This document shows positions 1 through 8,921 of a DNA stretch of 64,000 nucleotides, piece by piece. The number at the start of each line of letters is the position of its first letter. Position 1 is the first letter of the stretch. A program made the translations under genes and the position numbers. The DNA lies in the NCBI GenBank assembly GCA_046590575.1, contig JBKJUS010000214.1, positions 1,921 through 65,920 on the forward strand, read 5' to 3'. The stretch is from Mycobacteriales bacterium (lineage in GTDB: Bacteria > Actinomycetota > Actinomycetes > BP-191). Below the pieces are notes generated by a model. It searched no databases. It saw nothing but the letters and a program-made list of their open reading frames with translations, and was not told where the DNA came from.

Positions 1-2
1 TC

Positions 3-548
3 TTGCATCTCGTCGACCTCTCTCAGGTCGAGGTGATCGAGCGCGAGTACCCGCTGCTCTCTGCGAAAGAGGTCAACCTCGCGATCCGCAGCCGGCTGCG
101 CCGCAAAGTCGTCATCGTCGGCGCGACGATAGGCACCGACGCGCACACCGTCGGGCTCGACGCGATCCTCAACGTGAAGGGCTTCGCCGGCGAGAAGGGG
201 CTCGAGTACTACCGCGAGTTCCGCGTCGTGAACATGGGGGCGCAGGTGAGCGCCGCCGAGCTTGCGGCGCGCGCGGTCCGCGAGCACGCCGACGCCGTGC
301 TCACGAGTCAGGTGGTGACCCAGCGCGACGCGCACTTGCACCACACTGAGGAGGTGGTCGCCGCACTGCGGTCGACGTACGGCGACGCAGCGCACCCGCT
401 CGTCGTCGTCGGTGGCCCGCGTTTCGATCCGACATCGCACGAGCGGCTCGGCGTCGACCGGGTCTTCGGCAAGGGCACGACGCCCCGCGAGGTCGCGTCC
501 TACCTGGTCCATGCGCTGCTCTTGAGTGAGACGAGGCGATCAGCATGA
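3..548 (+). CDS. B12-binding (DxHxxG) beta subunit of a lysine/ornithine aminomutase-type enzyme (KamE/OraE-like), 5' truncated by the window edge
   Basis: The protein carries the motif VVIVGATIGTDAHTVGLDAI, typical of cobalamin-binding Rossmann domains. GC3-rich coding runs to the window start. The stop overlaps the next start (ATGA). Confidence 0.6.
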   Translation: MHLVDLSQVEVIEREYPLLSAKEVNLAIRSRLRRKVVIVGATIGTDAHTVGLDAILNVKGFAGEKGLEYYREFRVVNMGAQVSAAELAARAVREHADAVLTSQVVTQRDAHLHHTEEVVAALRSTYGDAAHPLVVVGGPRFDPTSHERLGVDRVFGKGTTPREVASYLVHALLLSETRRSA

Positions 549-943
549 CGTCGGACGAGCCGGACCCACGAGTCGGGCTCACGGTCACCCACCGCCGATA
601 CGTTCCCTACAGCCACGCCCACTACGGCGGTCACCTGGTTGACGGCGCCTATGTGCTCGGACTCTTCGGCGATGTGGCGACCGAGGTGTGCATCCGCACC
701 GACGGCGACGAAGGCCTCTTCGCCGGCTACGCCGACGTGCGGTTCGTGGCACCGGTTCAGGCCGGTGACGTGGTGGAAGTCACCGCCGAGGTGATCAGCG
801 TGGGGCGTCGGTCGCGCACCCTCGACCTCCGCGCCCTGGTGACCTGTCGGGCGACCCCTGCGGTCTCGCCGTCTGCCGCAAAAGTGCTCGCCGAGCCGAT
901 TCTCGTCCTGACCGCCACCGGCACCGTCGTGGTGCCGTCCTAG
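545..943 (+). CDS. hotdog-fold protein, possibly 3-aminobutyryl-CoA ammonia-lyase (Kal-like)
   Basis: The protein is 132 aa, the right size and composition for the hotdog fold. It overlaps the aminomutase subunit by 4 nt (ATGA). Kal of the lysine fermentation pathway is about 130 aa and sits next to kamDE. Confidence 0.45.
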   Translation: MTSDEPDPRVGLTVTHRRYVPYSHAHYGGHLVDGAYVLGLFGDVATEVCIRTDGDEGLFAGYADVRFVAPVQAGDVVEVTAEVISVGRRSRTLDLRALVTCRATPAVSPSAAKVLAEPILVLTATGTVVVPS

Positions 944-960
944 GACGGCGCTGCGCACGC

Positions 961-990
961 GTACGGCGTGTCGGCGAAGACACGCCGTAC
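961..990. terminator. perfect 10-bp stem hairpin (gtacggcgtg/cacgccgtac) 18 nt after the operon stop, followed by an A7 run
   Basis: The inverted repeat was read directly from the sequence. There is no U-tract on the + strand, as is common for actinobacterial terminators. Confidence 0.3.
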
Positions 991-1301
991 TCGAAAAAAA
1001 TCATGACCACCTTGAAGATCCTTCACCAGCGCCCTGACCTGCGACGATGCGCCATCGCTGCAGGTCAGGGCGCGCTTGACGGCGCACGTCCGATCCGCGA
1101 CAGTCGCGCCGTCCACCTGCTGATCGACCGGACGGACCCCTTCCCCCCGGGTCCGGCGAGCCACCGGTCGACGGGGGTGTGGACACGGTTCGCGGATAAG
1201 GCCCGGACGCCCATAGATCACGGATGCGAGGCTCGCTGCCAGCGAGTCGGCACCCGGTCCGAAGGCGTCCGGGCCTTTCCCTATGACAGGGTGGTCCGAC
1301 C

Positions 1302-2825
1302 ATGACCGCCTGGCCCCTCCGCGCCCCTCTGGCGGCACTTCTCGCGCTTGCGGGCGGTGGTCTGCTTTACCTCGCCTTCCCTCCGGTCGGTATCCGTCCG
1401 CTCGCCGGGGTCGGACCCGCCCTGCTGATCCTCGCGGTCCGGCATCAGCGGGTACGGCGCGGCGCCTGGCTGGGGGTTCTCTTCGGGGCCTCGTTCTTCA
1501 TCCCCCTCTTGCTGTGGCTGCAGTTCGGTGGTGTCGCGCCATGGATTGCCGTCTCCCTGCTGGAGATGGTGCTGATGGCGGTGACCGGGGCCGGGCTCGC
1601 CGCGGTGGCCCGGCTGCCGGGCTGGCCGCTCTGGTCCGCCGCGGTGTGGGTCGCCGGCGAGGCGCTGCGCAGCCGGGTTCCGCTCGGCGGCTTCACCTGG
1701 GGCCGGCTGGCGTTCAGCCAGGACGCCGGGCCGATGACCCGCTGGGTTTCCGTCGGAGGCGCCGCCGGGCTGAGCTTTCTCGTCGCTCTGGTTGCTGCGC
1801 TGCTCGCGACTGCGGTCGTCGCGTTCGCCCGGAGGTCGAGGTTCTTCGCTCCGGGACAAGTGCGGCGGGCCGGTGTGCTCGTCGCACTCGCCGGGGTGGT
1901 GGTCATGTCGGGCCTCGCGTTGCCCGGGCCGCCCAGGGTCAGCGGCGAGACAGTGATCGCGCTGGTCCAGGGCAACGTGCCGCGGCTCGGCCTGGACTTC
2001 AATGCGCAGCGCCAGCGCGTGGTCCGCAACCACGTAGACGCGACGCTCGAGCTCGCCCGACGGGTGCAGGCCGGCGAGCTCCCGGCCCCGGATCTCGTGC
2101 TGTGGCCGGAGAACGCCACGGACATCGACCCCCGCACGGACCCCGAGATCGGCGAGCTGCTCACGACGGCGGCCCGAGCGGTCAACCAGCCGATTCTCGT
2201 AGGTGCGGTGCTCGATGCCCCGGAGGGCCGCGCACTCAACGCCGGGATCGTCTGGGACCCGCAGACAGGCGCCGGTGCGACGTACGTCAAGCGGCACCTG
2301 GTGCCGTACGGCGAGTACGTGCCGTTCCGGAAGCAGCTCGAGCCAGTCTTCGGCCAGCTCGCGCTCATCCCGCGTGACTTCAAGCCTGGCACGGAGCCGG
2401 GGGTGCTCGACCTCAACGGCGTGCGGCTCGGAGACGTGATCTGCTTCGAGGTGTCCTACGACGCCCTGGTCCGCGACGTCGTACGTGGGGGAGCGGAGCT
2501 CATCGTCGTGCAGACCAACAACGCGACCTTCGAGCGCTCAGCCGAGACCCGCCAGCAGCTCGCGATGTCGCGGCTGCGCGCGGTCGAGCACGGCCGTGCC
2601 GTCGCTGTCGTGGCCACGAGTGGGATCAGCGCGGTGATCGGTCCGGATGGGGACTTCCTCGACCAGTCGGCGGTGTTCACCCGTGACCTGCTGGTCGAGC
2701 GGGTGCCGCTCATCAGGACGACGACGCTCGCCACGCGGTTGGGTGACTGGCCCGAGGTCGTGCTCGTTGCGATCGCTAGCATGGCCGCTCTCGTCGGGGC
2801 CGTGACCATGAGGAGGCGGACGTGA
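1302..2825 (+). CDS. lnt: apolipoprotein N-acyltransferase
   Basis: The protein is 507 aa with N-terminal TM helices and a C-terminal CN-hydrolase (nitrilase) domain. It is followed by ppm1 with a GTGA overlap, as in the mycobacterial lnt-ppm1 locus. Confidence 0.9.
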   Translation: MTAWPLRAPLAALLALAGGGLLYLAFPPVGIRPLAGVGPALLILAVRHQRVRRGAWLGVLFGASFFIPLLLWLQFGGVAPWIAVSLLEMVLMAVTGAGLAAVARLPGWPLWSAAVWVAGEALRSRVPLGGFTWGRLAFSQDAGPMTRWVSVGGAAGLSFLVALVAALLATAVVAFARRSRFFAPGQVRRAGVLVALAGVVVMSGLALPGPPRVSGETVIALVQGNVPRLGLDFNAQRQRVVRNHVDATLELARRVQAGELPAPDLVLWPENATDIDPRTDPEIGELLTTAARAVNQPILVGAVLDAPEGRALNAGIVWDPQTGAGATYVKRHLVPYGEYVPFRKQLEPVFGQLALIPRDFKPGTEPGVLDLNGVRLGDVICFEVSYDALVRDVVRGGAELIVVQTNNATFERSAETRQQLAMSRLRAVEHGRAVAVVATSGISAVIGPDGDFLDQSAVFTRDLLVERVPLIRTTTLATRLGDWPEVVLVAIASMAALVGAVTMRRRT

Positions 2826-3580
2826 GTGCGGAACGGGTGCTCGTCTGCATCCCGACCTACAACGAAGCGGCTAACGTCGAGGAGGCGGTGCAGCGGGTTC
2901 GGGCCGCCGTACCGGAGGCGCACGTTCTCGTCATCGACGACGCCAGCCCGGACGGCACCGGGCAGATCGCCGCCCGCCTCGCCGCGCTCGACGACGCCGT
3001 GCACGTGCTGCACCGCGTGGCGAAGGAAGGTCTGGGGGCGGCGTACATCGCCGGCTTCCGGTGGGCGAAGGAGCACGGCTACACCGTCGTAGTCGAGATG
3101 GATGCCGACGGCTCGCACCAGCCGGAGGAGATGCCGCGGCTGCTCGCGGCGCTGCGCGAAGCCGATCTGGTGCTCGGCTCGCGGTGGGTGCCCGGCGGTG
3201 AGGTGCGCAACTGGCCGCTGACCCGAAAGCTGCTCAGCCAGGGCGGCAACCGGTACACCCGGATCGCGCTGGGGCTGCCGTTGCAGGATGCGACCGGCGG
3301 CTACCGCGCCTACCGGATGGCTGTGCTCGACGTGCTTCCGCTGGACACGGTTGCATCGCAGGGCTACTGCTTCCAGGTCGACCTGGCCTGGCAGACCTGG
3401 CGACAAGGCTTCCGGATCGTGGAGGTGCCGATCACCTTCGTCGAGCGCACCCGCGGTGAGAGCAAGATGAGCCGCGCGATCGTGGCCGAGGCATTGTGGC
3501 GGGTGACCTGGTGGGCTGTTCGATCCAGGCGCGCCCGACCGGGCGGACGCCACCCGTCGTCGGTGCGGGCGACCCGGTGA
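2822..3580 (+). CDS. ppm1: polyprenol monophosphomannose synthase (GT2, dolichol-phosphate mannosyltransferase family)
   Basis: The protein has a GT2 signature (VCIPTYNEAANV ... VIDDASPDGT ... DADGSH). It is coupled to lnt by a GTGA overlap. Confidence 0.85.
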   Translation: MSAERVLVCIPTYNEAANVEEAVQRVRAAVPEAHVLVIDDASPDGTGQIAARLAALDDAVHVLHRVAKEGLGAAYIAGFRWAKEHGYTVVVEMDADGSHQPEEMPRLLAALREADLVLGSRWVPGGEVRNWPLTRKLLSQGGNRYTRIALGLPLQDATGGYRAYRMAVLDVLPLDTVASQGYCFQVDLAWQTWRQGFRIVEVPITFVERTRGESKMSRAIVAEALWRVTWWAVRSRRARPGGRHPSSVRATR

Positions 3581-3969
3581 TCGGCCTGCTGCTCGTCCTG
3601 GCGTTCATCGTCGTACCGATCATCGAGCTCTACGTCATCGTCCAGGTCGGACAGGCGATCGGGGTGCTAGCGACCATCGGCCTGCTGCTCGCCGTCGCGT
3701 TCGTCGGCTCGTGGTTGGTCAAACGCGAGGGCATGCGCACCTGGCGCGCCTTCCTCACAGCGCTGCACGAGCGCCGGATGCCAGCGCGCGAGGTGGCTGA
3801 TGGCGCGCTGGTGATCCTCGGCGGGGCGATGCTGCTGACTCCCGGCTTCGTCACGGACGCGCTCGGTCTGATCCTCATCGTGCCGCCGACTCGCGCCGTG
3901 CTGCGCAAGGCGCTCACCAGTGTGGTTGCCCGCCGGATGGGCGGCAGCGGCGTACGTCGGCTGCGCTAG
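3577..3969 (+). CDS. fxsA: FxsA family membrane protein
   Basis: The GTG start overlaps the ppm1 stop (GTGA). The sequence VIGLLLVLAFIVVPIIELYVIVQVG matches the FxsA N-terminus. There are two TM helices. Confidence 0.75.
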   Translation: MIGLLLVLAFIVVPIIELYVIVQVGQAIGVLATIGLLLAVAFVGSWLVKREGMRTWRAFLTALHERRMPAREVADGALVILGGAMLLTPGFVTDALGLILIVPPTRAVLRKALTSVVARRMGGSGVRRLR

Positions 3970-3985
3970 CCACGTATCGGCGAAA

Positions 3986-4034
3986 AGATAGAGCAGGCCG
4001 CGAGTCCCCGGGGGTGGGAGACGCGACCTGCTCT
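3986..4034. terminator. bidirectional hairpin between the convergent genes fxsA and rbpA
   Basis: The arms agagcaggccgcg ... cgcgacctgctct give a 13-bp stem with one mismatch around a G-rich loop. Confidence 0.4.
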
Positions 4035-4047
4035 AGTCGAGGACCGC

Positions 4048-4386
4048 TTAGGCGGACTTCTTCTTGTGCAGCACCGCGAGCTGCTCCTTGAGCACCTCTT
4101 CGAGATCGGCCGTCGAGCGGCGCTCGCGGAGCATGTCCATGTGTGTCCGGGCCGGCTTGACCTTCGCTGGCTCAGGGGCCGGGCCGCCGCGCAGTTGCGC
4201 CGGAGCACCACACTGGCGGCACTCCCACGTCGCGGGAATGTCCGCCTCGGCGGCCAGCGGCACGGTGAAGTGATGGCCTTTCGGGCAGTCGTAGCGTGAG
4301 CCGGCGCGAGGCGCGAGCTCGGTGTTGCGGTCGGTCTCGTAGCTAATGGCGCCGAGACGGCTGCCGCGAAGCACGCGGTCACTCAT
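4048..4386 (-). CDS. rbpA: RNA polymerase-binding protein RbpA
   Basis: The 112-aa protein starts MSDRVLRGSRLGAISYETDRN and ends in PRTHMDMLRERRS. This is a near-textbook match to mycobacterial RbpA (Rv2050), and the gene sits beside ppm1 as in M. tuberculosis. Confidence 0.9.
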   Translation of the reverse strand: MSDRVLRGSRLGAISYETDRNTELAPRAGSRYDCPKGHHFTVPLAAEADIPATWECRQCGAPAQLRGGPAPEPAKVKPARTHMDMLRERRSTADLEEVLKEQLAVLHKKKSA

Positions 4387-4559
4387 CCGGGCCTCCTAGA
4401 GTCTCAAGTGGATCAGGTCAACCGGTTCAACGGACGAGGTCCGGCAATGATTCCCACTGACTCTTCGCTCCGGGCGCCTTCCGTGGATGGGTGCGCGAGA
4501 CTTCTTTCGATGGATGCCGGTCGTTTGCAGTACGGCGGACCGCCCGATGAGATGGCTCC

Positions 4560-4958
4560 ATGACGCGAATCTGGTGGACTCGGTCCGGGCTGGTCGGAGC
4601 GGGCATTTTTCGCATGGGGCTGGGCGCGACCCTCGTCGCCAGACCGACAAATCTCGCCACAACGGTGGGCGTCGACTCGGTCACCGCCGCGAGAGTCAGC
4701 TGGTTGGGCAGCATGGTCGGCGTGCGGGACATCGCGCTGGGCTGGGGTTTGGTGCACGCTGCGCGACGTGGCGAGGATGCCCGGCCGTGGCTGCTGGCAC
4801 AAGCCGCCGCCGATGCCATGGACGCGGCGGCATTCACTGCTGCTGTCGTCAGAGGCCACGCCAAGCCGGCCAAGACGCTGGCGATCGCCGCATTCGCCGC
4901 TCTCGGCACTGCGAGCGAGTTGCAGGCCTACCGGGGCTTGACGCGCGCGGCGCGCTGA
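4560..4958 (+). CDS. hypothetical small membrane protein
   Basis: The 132-aa ORF is transcribed divergently from rbpA. It is hydrophobic and GC3-rich, and I recognise no family for it. Confidence 0.4.
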   Translation: MTRIWWTRSGLVGAGIFRMGLGATLVARPTNLATTVGVDSVTAARVSWLGSMVGVRDIALGWGLVHAARRGEDARPWLLAQAAADAMDAAAFTAAVVRGHAKPAKTLAIAAFAALGTASELQAYRGLTRAAR

Positions 4959-4961
4959 CCG

Positions 4962-6683
4962 TCAGCGGTGGTCGACCACGCGGTCGAAGGCCGCATCGCC
5001 TTCACCCGCGCAGTCCTCGCCGAGCAGACGACGACGGATCCACAGCCCGGTGACGAGTGCGGCCCGGCTGTTGCCCCGCTCGGTCTCCCACGTCGCCTGC
5101 TCGAGCAGCGCCACCGCCGCGAGCAGGTGGGCGAGACGGGTCATCAGCGCCCGCGCGCCCGCCTGCGCCGAGGTGCCGGGCGCCGTCGCCGCCGACCGTG
5201 CGTCGTCGGCCACCCGGTCGCGCAGGGGTTGGAGCATGGCTACCAGCTCCGGCAGGGCGGGGGCCGCGGACTCAAGCGCGCTGTCGACGCGGGCGAGGTA
5301 GTCGGTCAGCGCGTCGTCGCGGGTGAGCGCGCGCAGCACGTCGAGGGAGAGCACGTTGGTGGTGCCTTCCCAGATCGGCAGCACCTGTGAGTCGCGGAGC
5401 AGCCGGGGCACCTCGGTGTCCTCGATGTAGCCGGGCCCACCGAAGGCCTCTACGTACTCACTCGCACTGGCGACAGCGAGCCGCCCGGTAGACGCTTTGG
5501 CCAGAGTGGCCGCAAGGCGCAACAACCTGGACGCCGCGGTGTCCTCATCGACCTCGGCCCGGCCGAGCAGGTCGAAGCACAGCGCGCCCAGGGCGAAGGC
5601 TGCGTCGGCGTCGACGGCCAACCAGGTCAACGTCTCCCGATGCAGCGGCTGCTGCCACAAGGGTGCGCCGAAAACCTCGCGGGTCTGCGCGTAGGTGCGG
5701 GCCATCATCAGGCCACGGCGCATCCCAGCCGCCGCGGCGGCAGTGTTGTGCAGGCGGGTGATCTGCACCAGGCCGAGCATCCGCTTGAGTCCCGGCTCAG
5801 CCGGGTCACCGACCGGCCAGGCGAGCGCACCGTCGAGACCCACTTCGGCCGAAGGTACTGCCCGGGTGCCGAGCTTGTCCTTGAGCCGATGCACCAACAC
5901 CCCCGGAGCGGTACGGCGTTCGGCGCGGTCGGCTGCGGCGAGTGTGCCGTCGTCGTACCGAGGGACAATGAAGGTCGCGAGTCCGCGGCTGCCGACTGCT
6001 GCGCCGCTAGGGCGGGCCAGGGCGACCGCGAACTCCGACGTGGTCGACGAGCAGAACCACTTCTCGCCGGTGAGCCGCCACACACCTTCGGCGTCGAGCT
6101 CCGCTCGGGTCGTCGCGCGGCCGACGTCGCTGCCGCCCTCAGTCTCGGTCATCCACTGCCCGGAGGTCCAGGCGACGTCGGGGTCCCGGGAGAGCAAGCG
6201 GGGGACGAGCTGGTCGCGCAGCGCCGGGTCGACGCCATCGGCGAGCAGTACGGTGGCCGCGCCGTCGCTCATCGCGACCGGGCAGGAGAAGGTTGCTGAC
6301 GACGGACCGTACAGGTGGATCAGGGCTAGCTGGACGAGGCGTGCGCCGGACCCCCAGGTCGCCCGGGCGGCGGCCTCGTACGGAAGCGAGATGAGGCCAT
6401 GCCGGGCCGCGGCTTGCCGCAACGTCTCCCAACCGGCCGCGGTGCGGATGCGGTCCACCCGGGCGCCCCACCCGTCGTACTGCTCCAGCTGCGGCGGGTT
6501 CCGTTCAGCATCGAGCGCGGCGGCGTGCAGGGGACCGGCCGCTTCGACCGCCATTCGCTCGAGCAGCGGCGCGGCGTCCTTGTGCCCAACCTCACCAAGC
6601 AGCCGGTCGAGAGTGGCCCGCAACACGGGGTCGCCGGAGTAGAGGTCCGGCAGCGGCGCACGGACCTGGACGAAGCGGGACAT
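4962..6683 (-). CDS. acyl-CoA dehydrogenase family protein (AidB-like)
   Basis: The 573-aa protein has an ACAD middle and C-terminal domain (GGPGYIED, IWEGTTNV) and an AidB-type N-terminus. Confidence 0.85.
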   Translation of the reverse strand: MSRFVQVRAPLPDLYSGDPVLRATLDRLLGEVGHKDAAPLLERMAVEAAGPLHAAALDAERNPPQLEQYDGWGARVDRIRTAAGWETLRQAAARHGLISLPYEAAARATWGSGARLVQLALIHLYGPSSATFSCPVAMSDGAATVLLADGVDPALRDQLVPRLLSRDPDVAWTSGQWMTETEGGSDVGRATTRAELDAEGVWRLTGEKWFCSSTTSEFAVALARPSGAAVGSRGLATFIVPRYDDGTLAAADRAERRTAPGVLVHRLKDKLGTRAVPSAEVGLDGALAWPVGDPAEPGLKRMLGLVQITRLHNTAAAAAGMRRGLMMARTYAQTREVFGAPLWQQPLHRETLTWLAVDADAAFALGALCFDLLGRAEVDEDTAASRLLRLAATLAKASTGRLAVASASEYVEAFGGPGYIEDTEVPRLLRDSQVLPIWEGTTNVLSLDVLRALTRDDALTDYLARVDSALESAAPALPELVAMLQPLRDRVADDARSAATAPGTSAQAGARALMTRLAHLLAAVALLEQATWETERGNSRAALVTGLWIRRRLLGEDCAGEGDAAFDRVVDHR

Positions 6684-6753
6684 GTCGACTCCTCAGCGCG
6701 GGCGGCGACGGCTGCCGGGACTCGGATAGGTGGCGAGTGGCAGTATCGACGCG

Positions 6754-8772
6754 ATGACCGATCTCGTCGTAATCAACGGCAGCACCTTCTTCGTGTCCTA
6801 CGCCGTGGGCGACGCCGACGGCCGGATGACCGAGGGCCTTTTCCACGACGACGTTCGCCACCTGAGCCTGTGGCGGCTGCTCGTCGATGGAGCCCCGCTG
6901 CGGCTGCTCACCAGCCGCCTCTCGGCGCATCACACGGCCCATATCTTCGGGACGCTGCCCCGCGCGCAGATCGGCGACAACCCGGCCCTGTCGATCCGCC
7001 GCGACCGCAGGGTCGCCGGCGGGATGCATGAGGATCTCGTCGTCACGAACAACAGCGAGCGACCGGCATCGATCGTGCTGGACCTCGAGATCGGCGCCGA
7101 CTTCGCCGACCTCTTCGAGGTCAAGGACGGCACAGTGTCCGCGGGGCGGGGAAGCGCCGTCGTCGACGGACACCGGCTGACGATCTCGGCGCAGGAGCCC
7201 GGCTTCGAACGGGCCACGATCATCGACTTCGACGAGACGTACGGCTGCCTCACCCTCCTCCCGGGCAGTGCTCGCTTCGACGTGCGGCTCGAGCCGCGCG
7301 CGACGTGGAAGTGCTGTGTGTCAGTCACCGTGGTCGTCGACGGCCAGGAGCGACCGCCGCTGGTGGACTGCAGTGGGGCCGGAATGTCTGGCACGGTGCA
7401 GACCGTTTACGCAGACTGGCTACAGGACGCGCCGGTGATCACCAGCAATGCCGATCCGATCGGCCACACCTACCGGCAGAGCCTCACCGACCTGGCCGCG
7501 CTGTGCTTCCGCCCTTGGCCGGACGCCGACTGGGTTGTCCCCGCGGCCGGGCAGCCGTGGTTCATGGCGCTGTTCGGCCGCGACAGCCTCATCGCGTCGT
7601 ACCAGGCGCTGCCTTTCATGCCCGAGCTGGCGGCCGGCACACTGCGCTCCCTCGCCCGGTTGCAAGCGACCCACGACGATCCCTACCGCGATGCCGAACC
7701 GGGCAAGATCCCGCACGAGCTGCGCCGGGGCCGTCTCGCCACTCTTGGCCAGATGCCGTTCGACCCGTACTACGGCACCCACGACGCGACGCCGCTCTTT
7801 CTGGTCCTGCTCGACGAGTACGAGCGTTGGACCGGCGATCGCGCCCTGGTAAGTGAGCTCGAGCCGGCGGCACGCCGGGCGCTCGAGTGGGTCGAGCACG
7901 ACGGTGACCTCGACGGCGACGGCTACCTCGAGTGGCACTGTCGCTCACCCAAGGGGCTGGCCAACCAGAGCTGGCGGGACTCACACGACTCCATGGTGTT
8001 CGCGGACGGCCGACTGGCCGCCGCGCCGATCGCCTCGAGCGAGATCCAGGGCTACGCGTACGACGCCCGCCGGCGCACCGCCCGTCTCGCCCGACTCGTG
8101 TGGGGCGACGACGCCCTCGCGGACCAGCTCGAGGTCGACGCGGCCGCCCTGCGCCTGCGGTTCAACGACGACTTCTGGTGCCCGGAGCGCAACCACTTCG
8201 CCTTGGCTCTGGACCGGGACAAGAAGCGCGTCGACGCGATGTCGTCCAACGTCGGTCACCTGCTGTGGAGTGGCATCGTTGACGACGAGCGGGCCGCGCT
8301 GTGCGCCGAGCGACTGATGGCGCCGGACATGTGGAGCGGGTGGGGGGTGCGCACGATGTCCTCCGCCGACTCGGCGTACAACCCGATCGGCTATCACATC
8401 GGCACTGTGTGGCCGCACGATTCAGGTCTGGTCGCCGAAGGGCTGCGCCGCTACGGACACCGTGACGCGGCGTCGACTGTCGCGTTCGCGATCGTCGAGG
8501 CGGCGAGTGAGTTCAGCTACCGGCTGCCCGAGGTCTTCGCCGGGTTCCCGCGGGCGGAGACGATCATGCCGGTCGAGTACCCGACTGCATCTCGGCCCCA
8601 GGCCTGGTCGGCCGGAGCCGCGCTGCTCGCGCTGCGCACCATGCTCGGCCTCGACGTCCATGACGGCTCGCTGGTCTGCGCTCCACACCTGCCCGACGGC
8701 GTCGTCACGCTCGAAGTCCGTGGCCTGCGCGTGCACGGTGCCCCGGTCGATGTCGGCCTGCCTGTCGCGTAG
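6754..8772 (+). CDS. glycogen-debranching-enzyme-like glycoside hydrolase (GDE_N plus amylo-alpha-1,6-glucosidase domains)
   Basis: The N-terminus LVVINGSTFFVSY is the GDE N-terminal domain, and the C-terminus is a six-hairpin glucosidase domain. I prefer the ATG at 6754 because of its RBS spacing; an alternative GTG lies at 6730. Confidence 0.75.
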   Translation: MTDLVVINGSTFFVSYAVGDADGRMTEGLFHDDVRHLSLWRLLVDGAPLRLLTSRLSAHHTAHIFGTLPRAQIGDNPALSIRRDRRVAGGMHEDLVVTNNSERPASIVLDLEIGADFADLFEVKDGTVSAGRGSAVVDGHRLTISAQEPGFERATIIDFDETYGCLTLLPGSARFDVRLEPRATWKCCVSVTVVVDGQERPPLVDCSGAGMSGTVQTVYADWLQDAPVITSNADPIGHTYRQSLTDLAALCFRPWPDADWVVPAAGQPWFMALFGRDSLIASYQALPFMPELAAGTLRSLARLQATHDDPYRDAEPGKIPHELRRGRLATLGQMPFDPYYGTHDATPLFLVLLDEYERWTGDRALVSELEPAARRALEWVEHDGDLDGDGYLEWHCRSPKGLANQSWRDSHDSMVFADGRLAAAPIASSEIQGYAYDARRRTARLARLVWGDDALADQLEVDAAALRLRFNDDFWCPERNHFALALDRDKKRVDAMSSNVGHLLWSGIVDDERAALCAERLMAPDMWSGWGVRTMSSADSAYNPIGYHIGTVWPHDSGLVAEGLRRYGHRDAASTVAFAIVEAASEFSYRLPEVFAGFPRAETIMPVEYPTASRPQAWSAGAALLALRTMLGLDVHDGSLVCAPHLPDGVVTLEVRGLRVHGAPVDVGLPVA

Positions 8773-8921
8773 AGTGCGGGGTAGGCCGCACGCGTGACGA
8801 GGTCGTCCGTCGGGGCGGCTGCCGCGGGCGGCGCGCCGTCCGGAAGGTAGATGCGGCCGATAGGTGACACGGATTCGGGGCAGATCGCCCCTGCCGGCAC
8901 CACGAAAGGGTCGTTCGCAGG

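Noticed and set aside
1003-1305. 100-aa ORF upstream of lnt with an ATGA overlap
   Set aside because: It contains the large palindromes and rare codons (ATA), and I see no domain signature. I kept it only as a low-confidence note inside a finding.
1283-2377. Long ORFs antisense to or out of frame with lnt (1283..2377 +, 1281..2297 -, 1445..2416 -)
   Set aside because: These are Arg/Pro/Ala-rich translations typical of off-frame reading in 70% GC DNA, and lnt has the real domain content.
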